Shown here: piece by piece, positions 53,801 to 64,000 of the stretch
Position numbering within the stretch: position 1 is the stretch's first letter
Layout: the number at the start of each line of letters is the position of its first letter
Assembly: GCA_964016885.1 (NCBI GenBank)
Contig: OZ024743.1
Coordinates: 234,112,001 to 234,176,000 of the forward strand
Direction of reading: 5' to 3'
From: Eledone cirrhosa
Taxonomy: Eukaryota
DNA: 64,000 bases
Translations under genes and position numbers: made by a program
Notes under the pieces: generated by a model
The model's input: only the letters and a program-made list of their open reading frames with translations
Database searches by the model: none
Told to the model about the DNA's origin: nothing

Positions 53801-54467
53801 GCCAATGAGTGTCTGCACATGTACCAGTAATTACAGATCGATCCGACCACGGGCGGCCGGCCCGCGATTGAAAAGGTAACTCCGCCGGCAAATCGTCATT
53901 TTTGGATTCGTTTTCTTCGAAGCACACCATTCGCCGGCGGACTTTGTTGACGTTTAACACGGTTTGGTTCCACAGCCACAACTATTGATTTTACGGAGAT
54001 ATCTTGCTGAAATTCACGCCACACATAGCCAATGAGTCTCTGCACATGTACCATTAATTACAGATCGATCCGACCACGGGCGGTCGGTTTGCGATTGAAA
54101 AGGTAACTCCGCCGGCAAATCGTCATTTTTGGATTCGTTTTCTTCGAAGCACACCATTCGCCGGCTGACTTTGTTGACGTTTAACACGGTTTGGTTCCAC
54201 AGCCACAACTATTGATTTTAAGGAGATATCTTGCTGAAATTCACGCCACACATAGCCAATGAGTGTCTGCACAGGTACCAGTAATTACAGATCGATCCGA
54301 CCACGGGCGGCCGGCCCGCGATTGAAAAGGTAACTCCGCCGGCAAATCGTCATTTTTGGATTCGTTTTCTTCGAAGCACACCATTCGCCGGCGGACTTTG
54401 TTGACGTTTAACACGGTTTGGTTCCACAGCCACAACTATTGATTTTACGGAGATATCTTGCTGAAAT
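47885..54467. repeat. Tandem higher-order duplication of a 14-monomer (3,178-bp) block; the second copy has one extra monomer
   Basis: The marker ttgaTgtt is at 49865/53043 and cgcTa monomers are at 49928/53106, offset 3,178. An extra consensus monomer lies at 53333. Confidence 0.8.
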
Positions 54468-57400
54468 TCACGCCACACATAGCCAATGAGTGTCTGCACA
54501 TGTACCAGTAATTACAGATCGATCCGACCACGGGCGGCCGGCCCGCGATTGAAAAGGTAACTCCGCCGGCAAATCGTCATTTTTGGATTCGTTTTCTTCG
54601 AAGCACACCATTCGCCGGCGGACTTTGTTGACGTTTAACACGGTTTGGTTCCACAGCCACAACTATTGATTTTACGGAGATATCTTGCTGAAATTCACGC
54701 CACACATAGCCAATGAGTGTCTGCACATGTACCAGTAATTACAGATCGATCCGACCACGGGCGGCCGGCCCGCGATTGAAAAGGTAACTCCGCCGGCAAA
54801 TCGTCATTTTTGGATTCGTTTTCTTCGAAGCACACCATTCGCCGGCTGACTTTGTTGACGTTTAACACGGTTTGGTTCCACAGCCACAACTATTGATTTT
54901 AAGGAGATATCTTGCTGAAATTCACGCCACACATAGCCAATGAGTGTCTGCACAGGTACCAGTAATTACAGATCGATCCGATCACGGGCGGCCGGCCCGC
55001 GATTGAAAAGGTAACTCCGCCGGCAAATCGTCATTTTTGGATTCGTTTTCTTCGAAGCACACCATTCGCCGGCGGACTTTGTTGACGTTTAACACGGTTT
55101 GGTTCCACAGCCACAACTATTGATTTTACGGAGATATCTTGCTGAAATTCACGCCACACATAGCCAATGAGTCTCTGCACATGTACCAGTAATTACAGAT
55201 CGATCCGACCACGGGCGGTCGGTTTGCGATTGAAAAGGTAACTCCGCCGGCAAATCGTCATTTTTGGATTCGTTTTCTTCGAAGCACACCATTCGCCGGC
55301 TGACTTTGTTGACGTTTAACACGGTTTGGTTCCACAGCCACAACTATTGATTTTAAGGAGATATCTTGCTGAAATTCACGCCACACATAGCCAATGAGTG
55401 TCTGCACATGTACCAGTAATTACAGATCGATCCGACCACGGGCGGCCGGCCCGCGATTGAAAAGGTAACTCCGCCGGCAAATCGTCATTTTTGGATTCGT
55501 TTTCTTCGAAGCACACCATTCGCCGGCGGACTTTGTTGACGTTTAACACGGTTTGGTTCCACAGCCACAACTATTGATTTTACGGAGATATCTTGCTGAA
55601 ATTCACGCCACACATAGCCAATGAGTCTCTGCACATGTACCATTAATTACAGATCGATCCGACCACGGGCGGTCGGTTTGCGATTGAAAAGGTAACTCCG
55701 CCGGCAAATCGTCATTTTTGGATTCGTTTTCTTCGAAGCACACCATTCGCCGGCTGACTTTGTTGACGTTTAACACGGTTTGGTTCCACAGCCACAACTA
55801 TTGATTTTAAGGAGATATCTTGCTGAAATTCACGCCACACATAGCCAATGAGTGTCTGCACAGGTACCAGTAATTACAGATCGATCCGACCACGGGCGGC
55901 CGGCCCGCGATTGAAAAGGTAACTCCGCCGGCAAATCGTCATTTTTGGATTCGTTTTCTTCGAAGCACACCATTCGCCGGCGGACTTTGTTGACGTTTAA
56001 CACGGTTTGGTTCCACAGCCACAACTATTGATTTTACGGAGATATCTTGCTGAAATTCACGCCACACATAGCCAATGAGTGTCTGCACATGTACCAGTAA
56101 TTACAGATCGATCCGACCACGGGCGGCCGGCCCGCGATTGAAAAGGTAACTCCGCCGGCAAATCGTCATTTTTGGATTCGTTTTCTTCGAAGCACACCAT
56201 TCGCCGGCTGACTTTGTTGACGTTTAACACGGTTTGGTTCCACAGCCACAACTATTGATTTTAAGGAGATATCTTGCTGAAATTCACGCCACACATAGCC
56301 AATGAGTGTCTGCACAGGTACCAGTAATTACAGATCGATCCGACCACGGGCGGCCGGCCCGCGATTGAAAAGGTAACTCCGCCGGCAAATCGTCATTTTT
56401 GGATTCGTTTTCTTCGAAGCACACCATTCGCCGGCGGACTTTGTTGACGTTTAACACGGTTTGGTTCCACAGCCACAACTATTGATTTTACGGAGATATC
56501 TTGCTGAAATTCACGCCACACATAGCCAATGAGTCTCTGCACATGTACCAGTAATTACAGATCGATCCGACCACGGGCGGTCGGTTTGCGATTGAAAAGG
56601 TAACTCCGCCGGCAAATCGTCATTTTTGGATTCGTTTTCTTCGAAGCACACCATTCGCCGGCTGACTTTGTTGACGTTTAACACGGTTTGGTTCCACAGC
56701 CACAACTATTGATTTTAAGGAGATATCTTGCTGAAATTCACGCCACACATAGCCAATGAGTGTCTGCACATGTACCAGTAATTACAGATCGATCCGACCA
56801 CGGGCGGCCGGCCCGCGATTGAAAAGGTAACTCCGCCGGCAAATCGTCATTTTTGGATTCGTTTTCTTCGAAGCACACCATTCGCCGGCGGACTTTGTTG
56901 ACGTTTAACACGGTTTGGTTCCACAGCCACAACTATTGATTTTACGGAGATATCTTGCTGAAATTCACGCCACACATAGCCAATGAGTCTCTGCACATGT
57001 ACCATTAATTACAGATCGATCCGACCACGGGCGGTCGGTTTGCGATTGAAAAGGTAACTCCGCCGGCAAATCGTCATTTTTGGATTCGTTTTCTTCGAAG
57101 CACACCATTCGCCGGCTGACTTTGTTGACGTTTAACACGGTTTGGTTCCACAGCCACAACTATTGATTTTAAGGAGATATCTTGCTGAAATTCACGCCAC
57201 ACATAGCCAATGAGTGTCTGCACAGGTACCAGTAATTACAGATCGATCCGACCACGGGCGGCCGGCCCGCGATTGAAAAGGTAACTCCGCCGGCAAATCG
57301 TCATTTTTGGATTCGTTTTCTTCGAAGCACACCATTCGCCGGCGGACTTTGTTGACGTTTAACACGGTTTGGTTCCACAGCCACAACTATTGATTTTACG

Positions 57401-60400
57401 GAGATATCTTGCTGAAATTCACGCCACACATAGCCAATGAGTGTCTGCACATGTACCAGTAATTACAGATCGATCCGACCACGGGCGGCCGGCCCGCGAT
57501 TGAAAAGGTAACTCCGCCGGCAAATCGTCATTTTTGGATTCGTTTTCTTCGAAGCACACCATTCGCCGGCTGACTTTGTTGACGTTTAACACGGTTTGGT
57601 TCCACAGCCACAACTATTGATTTTAAGGAGATATCTTGCTGAAATTCACGCCACACATAGCCAATGAGTGTCTGCACAGGTACCAGTAATTACAGATCGA
57701 TCCGACCACGGGCGGCCGGCCCGCGATTGAAAAGGTAACTCCGCCGGCAAATCGTCATTTTTGGATTCGTTTTCTTCGAAGCACACCATTCGCCGGCGGA
57801 CTTTGTTGACGTTTAACACGGTTTGGTTCCACAGCCACAACTATTGATTTTACGGAGATATCTTCCTGAAATTCACGCCACACATAGCCAATGAGTGTCT
57901 GCACATGTACCAGTAATTACAGATCGATCCGACCACGGACGGCCGGTTTGCGATTGAAAAGGTAACTCCGCCGGCAAATCGTCATTTTTGGATTCGTTTT
58001 CTTCGAAGCACACCATTCGCCGGCGGACTTTGTTGACGTTTAACACGGTTTGGTTCCACAGCCACAACTATTGATTTTACGGAGATATCTTGCTGAAATT
58101 CACGCCACACATAGCCAATGAGTGTCTGCACATGTACCAGTAATTACAGATCGATCCGACCACGGGCGGCCGGCCCGCGATTGAAAAGGTAACTCCGCCG
58201 GCAAATCGTCATTTTTGGATTCGTTTTCTTCGAAGCACACCATTCGCCGGCTGACTTTGTTGATGTTTAACACGGTTTGGTTCCACAGCCACAACTATTG
58301 ATTTTAAGGAGATATCTTGCTGAAATTCACGCCACACATAGCCAATGAGTGTCTGCACAGGTACCAGTAATTACAGATCGATCCGACCACGGGCGGCCGG
58401 CCCGCTATTGAAAAGGTAACTCCGCCGGCAAATCGTCATTTTTGGATTCGTTTTCTTCGAAGCACACCATTCGCCGGCGGACTTTGTTGACGTTTAACAC
58501 GGTTTGGTTCCACAGCCACAACTATTGATTTTACGGAGATATCTTGCTGAAATTCACGCCACACATAGCCAATGAGTGTCTGCACATGTACCAGTAATTA
58601 CAGATCGATCCGACCACGGGCGGCCGGCCCGCGATTGAAAAGGTAACTCCGCCGGCAAATCGTCATTTTTGGATTCGTTTTCTTCGAAGCACACCATTCG
58701 CCGGCGGACTTTGTTGACGTTTAACACGGTTTGGTTCCACAGCCACAACTATTGATTTTACGGAGATATCTTGCTGAAATTCACGCCACACATAGCCAAT
58801 GAGTCTCTGCACATGTACCAGTAATTACAGATCGATCCGACCACGGGCGGTCGGTTTGCGATTGAAAAGGTAACTCCGCCGGCAAATCGTCATTTTTGGA
58901 TTCGTTTTCTTCGAAGCACACCATTCGCCGGCGGACTTTGTTGACGTTTAACACGGTTTGGTTCCACAGCCACAACTATTGATTTTACGGAGATATCTTG
59001 CTGAAATTCACGCCACACATAGCCAATGAGTGTCTGCACATGTACCAGTAATTACAGATCGATCCGACCACGGGCGGCCGGCCCGCGATTGAAAAGGTAA
59101 CTCCGCCGGCAAATCGTCATTTTTGGATTCGTTTTCTTCGAAGCACACCATTCGCCGGCGGACTTTGTTGACGTTTAACACGGTTTGGTTCCACAGCCAC
59201 AACTATTGATTTTACGGAGATATCTTGCTGAAATTCACGCCACACATAGCCAATGAGTCTCTGCACATGTACCATTAATTACAGATCGATCCGACCACGG
59301 GCGGTCGGTTTGCGATTGAAAAGGTAACTCCGCCGGCAAATCGTCATTTTTGGATTCGTTTTCTTCGAAGCACACCATTCGCCGGCTGACTTTGTTGACG
59401 TTTAACACGGTTTGGTTCCACAGCCACAACTATTGATTTTAAGGAGATATCTTGCTGAAATTCACGCCACACATAGCCAATGAGTGTCTGCACAGGTACC
59501 AGTAATTACAGATCGATCCGACCACGGGCGGCCGGCCCGCGATTGAAAAGGTAACTCCGCCGGCAAATCGTCATTTTTGGATTCGTTTTCTTCGAAGCAC
59601 ACCATTCGCCGGCGGACTTTGTTGACGTTTAACACGGTTTGGTTCCACAGCCACAACTATTGATTTTACGGAGATATCTTGCTGAAATTCACGCCACACA
59701 TAGCCAATGAGTGTCTGCACATGTACCAGTAATTACAGATCGATCCGACCACGGGCGGCCGGCCCGCGATTGAAAAGGTAACTCCGCCGGCAAATCGTCA
59801 TTTTTGGATTCGTTTTCTTCGAAGCACACCATTCGCCGGCGGACTTTGTTGACGTTTAACACGGTTTGGTTCCACAGCCACAACTATTGATTTTACGGAG
59901 ATATCTTGCTGAAATTCACGCCACACATAGCCAATGAGTGTCTGCACATGTACCAGTAATTACAGATCGATCCGACCACGGGCGGCCGGCCCGCGATTGA
60001 AAAGGTAACTCCGCCGGCAAATCGTCATTTTTGGATTCGTTTTCTTCGAAGCACACCATTCGCCGGCTGACTTTGTTGACGTTTAACACGGTTTGGTTCC
60101 ACAGCCACAACTATTGATTTTAAGGAGATATCTTGCTGAAATTCACGCCACACATAGCCAATGAGTGTCTGCACAGGTACCAGTAATTACAGATCGATCC
60201 GATCACGGGCGGCCGGCCCGCGATTGAAAAGGTAACTCCGCCGGCAAATCGTCATTTTTGGATTCGTTTTCTTCGAAGCACACCATTCGCCGGCGGACTT
60301 TGTTGACGTTTAACACGGTTTGGTTCCACAGCCACAACTATTGATTTTACGGAGATATCTTGCTGAAATTCACGCCACACATAGCCAATGAGTCTCTGCA

Positions 60401-62866
60401 CATGTACCAGTAATTACAGATCGATCCGACCACGGGCGGTCGGTTTGCGATTGAAAAGGTAACTCCGCCGGCAAATCGTCATTTTTGGATTCGTTTTCTT
60501 CGAAGCACACCATTCGCCGGCTGACTTTGTTGACGTTTAACACGGTTTGGTTCCACAGCCACAACTATTGATTTTAAGGAGATATCTTGCTGAAATTCAC
60601 GCCACACATAGCCAATGAGTCTCTGCACATGTACCATTAATTACAGATCGATCCGACCACGGGCGGTCGGTTTGCGATTGAAAAGGTAACTCCGCCGGCA
60701 AATCGTCATTTTTGGATTCGTTTTCTTCGAAGCACACCATTCGCCGGCTGACTTTGTTGACGTTTAACACGGTTTGGTTCCACAGCCACAACTATTGATT
60801 TTAAGGAGATATCTTGCTGAAATTCACGCCACACATAGCCAATGAGTGTCTGCACAGGTACCAGTAATTACAGATCGATCCGACCACGGGCGGCCGGCCC
60901 GCGATTGAAAAGGTAACTCCGCCGGCAAATCGTCATTTTTGGATTCGTTTTCTTCGAAGCACACCATTCGCCGGCGGACTTTGTTGACGTTTAACACGGT
61001 TTGGTTCCACAGCCACAACTATTGATTTTACGGAGATATCTTGCTGAAATTCACGCCACACATAGCCAATGAGTGTCTGCACATGTACCAGTAATTACAG
61101 ATCGATCCGACCACGGGCGGCCGGCCCGCGATTGAAAAGGTAACTCCGCCGGCAAATCGTCATTTTTGGATTCGTTTTCTTCGAAGCACACCATTCGCCG
61201 GCTGACTTTGTTGACGTTTAACACGGTTTGGTTCCACAGCCACAACTATTGATTTTAAGGAGATATCTTGCTGAAATTCACGCCACACATAGCCAATGAG
61301 TGTCTGCACAGGTACCAGTAATTACAGATCGATCCGACCACGGGCGGCCGGCCCGCGATTGAAAAGGTAACTCCGCCGGCAAATCGTCATTTTTGGATTC
61401 GTTTTCTTCGAAGCACACCATTCGCCGGCGGACTTTGTTGACGTTTAACACGGTTTGGTTCCACAGCCACAACTATTGATTTTACGGAGATATCTTGCTG
61501 AAATTCACGCCACACATAGCCAATGAGTCTCTGCACATGTACCAGTAATTACAGATCGATCCGACCACGGGCGGTCGGTTTGCGATTGAAAAGGTAACTC
61601 CGCCGGCAAATCGTCATTTTTGGATTCGTTTTCTTCGAAGCACACCATTCGCCGGCTGACTTTGTTGACGTTTAACACGGTTTGGTTCCACAGCCACAAC
61701 TATTGATTTTAAGGAGATATCTTGCTGAAATTCACGCCACACATAGCCAATGAGTGTCTGCACATGTACCAGTAATTACAGATCGATCCGACCACGGGCG
61801 GCCGGCCCGCGATTGAAAAGGTAACTCCGCCGGCAAATCGTCATTTTTGGATTCGTTTTCTTCGAAGCACACCATTCGCCGGCGGACTTTGTTGACGTTT
61901 AACACGGTTTGGTTCCACAGCCACAACTATTGATTTTACGGAGATATCTTGCTGAAATTCACGCCACACATAGCCAATGAGTCTCTGCACATGTACCATT
62001 AATTACAGATCGATCCGACCACGGGCGGTCGGTTTGCGATTGAAAAGGTAACTCCGCCGGCAAATCGTCATTTTTGGATTCGTTTTCTTCGAAGCACACC
62101 ATTCGCCGGCTGACTTTGTTGACGTTTAACACGGTTTGGTTCCACAGCCACAACTATTGATTTTAAGGAGATATCTTGCTGAAATTCACGCCACACATAG
62201 CCAATGAGTGTCTGCACAGGTACCAGTAATTACAGATCGATCCGACCACGGGCGGCCGGCCCGCGATTGAAAAGGTAACTCCGCCGGCAAATCGTCATTT
62301 TTGGATTCGTTTTCTTCGAAGCACACCATTCGCCGGCGGACTTTGTTGACGTTTAACACGGTTTGGTTCCACAGCCACAACTATTGATTTTACGGAGATA
62401 TCTTGCTGAAATTCACGCCACACATAGCCAATGAGTGTCTGCACATGTACCAGTAATTACAGATCGATCCGACCACGGGCGGCCGGCCCGCGATTGAAAA
62501 GGTAACTCCGCCGGCAAATCGTCATTTTTGGATTCGTTTTCTTCGAAGCACACCATTCGCCGGCTGACTTTGTTGACGTTTAACACGGTTTGGTTCCACA
62601 GCCACAACTATTGATTTTAAGGAGATATCTTGCTGAAATTCACGCCACACATAGCCAATGAGTGTCTGCACAGGTACCAGTAATTACAGATCGATCCGAC
62701 CACGGGCGGCCGGCCCGCGATTGAAAAGGTAACTCCGCCGGCAAATCGTCATTTTTGGATTCGTTTTCTTCGAAGCACACCATTCGCCGGCGGACTTTGT
62801 TGACGTTTAACACGGTTTGGTTCCACAGCCACAACTATTGATTTTACGGAGATATCTTGCTGAAAT
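52644..62866. repeat. Tandem higher-order duplication of a 23-monomer (5,221-bp) block; the second copy lacks one monomer
   Basis: Markers ttgaTgtt (53043/58264), ccgaTcac (54982/60203) and cttCctg (52644/57865) are offset by 5,221. After ~60597 the offset becomes 4,994 (22 monomers). Confidence 0.9.
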
Positions 62867-63706
62867 TCACGCCACACATAGCCAATGAGTGTCTGCACAT
62901 GTACCAGTAATTACAGATCGATCCGACCACGGGCGGCCGGCCCGCGATTGAAAAGGTAACTCCGCCGGCAAATCGTCATTTTTGGATTCGTTTTCTTCGA
63001 AGCACACCATTCGCCGGCGGACTTTGTTGACGTTTAACACGGTTTGGTTCCACAGCCACAACTATTGATTTTACGGAGATATCTTGCTGAAATTCACGCC
63101 ACACATAGCCAATGAGTGTCTGCACATGTACCAGTAATTACAGATCGATCCGACCACGGGCGGCCGGCCCGCGATTGAAAAGGTAACTCCGCCGGCAAAT
63201 CGTCATTTTTGGATTCGTTTTCTTCGAAGCACACCATTCGCCGGCTGACTTTGTTGACGTTTAACACGGTTTGGTTCCACAGCCACAACTATTGATTTTA
63301 AGGAGATATCTTGCTGAAATTCACGCCACACATAGCCAATGAGTGTCTGCACATGTACCAGTAATTACAGATCGATCCGACCACGGACGGCCGGCCCGCG
63401 ATTGAAAAGGTAACTCCGCCGGCAAATCGTCATTTTTGGATTCGTTTTCTTCGAAGCACACCATTCGCCGGCGGACTTTGTTGACGTTTAACACGGTTTG
63501 GTTCCACAGCCACAACTATTGACTTTAAGGAGATATCTTGCTGAAATTCGCGCCACACATAGCCAATGAGTGTCTGCACATGTACCAGTAATTACAGATC
63601 GATCCGACCACGGGCGGCCGGCCCGCGATTGAAAAGGTAACTCCGCCGGCAAATCGTCATTTTTGTGATCCGTTTTCTTCGAAGCACACCATTCGCCGCC
63701 GGACTC

Positions 63707-64000
63707 CAGCTGCCTCATTTAGCATGGGCAGTTTTTTTTGAAAATCACACCACACACAACCAATGTGTGTCTGCACATGTACCAGTAATTACAGATCGAT
63801 CCCACCACGGGCGGCCGGCCCACAATTGAAAAGGTTACTCCGCCTGCAAATCGTCATTTTCGGATTCGTTTTCTTCGAAGCACACCATTCGCCGGCGGAC
63901 TTCAGCTGCCTCATTTAGCATGGGCAGTTTTTCTTGAAGATCACACCACACACAGCCAATGAGTGTCTGCACATGTACCAGTAATTAGAGATCGATCCGA
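63707..64000. repeat. Start of a related, more diverged tandem repeat with a 196-bp monomer (shared ~158-bp core plus a different 38-bp segment); runs off the right edge
   Basis: The new segment cagctgcctcatttagcatgggcagttttt(t/c)ttgaa(a/g)a occurs at 63707-63744 and 63903-63940 (offset 196). The core between them (63745-63902) differs from the 227-bp consensus at 10 of 158 positions by hand alignment. Only about 1.5 copies are visible. Confidence 0.85.

Larger units (their letters stand above)
1..63706. repeat. Tandem satellite array, 227-bp monomer, ~280 head-to-tail copies; continues beyond the left edge of the window
   Basis: The same sequence (agccaatgagtgtctgcacatgtaccagtaattacagatcgatccg...gctgaaattcacgccacacat) recurs every 227 bp. 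ORF-track coordinates 215, 442, ... 63321 are all congruent modulo 227 (63321-215 = 278 x 227). Copies differ only by a few substitutions. Confidence 0.99.

Noticed and set aside
215-63515. Repeated 64-aa minus-strand ORF (MWLWNQTV...)
   Set aside because: It starts at TTG and has no recognisable domain. Most variants are non-synonymous. It is broken by stops in monomers at 4301, 14516, 21780, 49928, 53106, 54922, 58327 and 60143 and loses its start at 39032, 43799 and 44707. The unit length of 227 is not a multiple of 3.
1-63706. CRISPR array
   Set aside because: There are no unique spacers (whole units are near-identical) and no cas genes.
63488-63718. 76-aa minus-strand ORF
   Set aside because: It is a chance read-through created by the 1-bp insertion and the A>G change in the junction monomer.
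1-64000. Sequencing artefact such as a rolling-circle concatemer of one template
   Set aside because: Variants are recurrent, linked and arranged in hierarchical blocks with a diverged edge. This is expected of an evolved genomic array rather than random errors on one template, although exact copy number may still be mis-assembled.

Overview
The window is almost entirely one head-to-tail tandem array of a 227-bp monomer: about 280 copies from 1 to ~63,706, all in one orientation, ~49% GC and 19 CpGs per consensus monomer by hand count. It looks like a eukaryotic satellite DNA, possibly centromeric; I do not recognise the family or organism. No protein-coding gene, rRNA, tRNA or CRISPR array is supported, and the repeated 64-aa minus-strand ORF is a by-product of the repeat. 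Monomers differ only by a small set of recurring substitutions, with no net indel for 63.6 kb. These variants reveal nested block duplications (periods or offsets of 6, 14, 16, 21, 23, 27 and 77 monomers) and a change of variant set at ~22.5-23.1 kb. At ~63,706 the array switches abruptly to a related 196-bp monomer that keeps a ~158-bp core (~94% identical) but replaces a 69-bp segment with a 38-bp hairpin plus T-run. The shared core is rich in dyad symmetry and carries a CCAAT box, a GC box, a splice-donor-like AG|GTAA and an Sm-site-like ATTTTTGG. These motifs raise untested hypotheses: a small/spliced-leader-like RNA gene array, or a Helentron-derived satellite.
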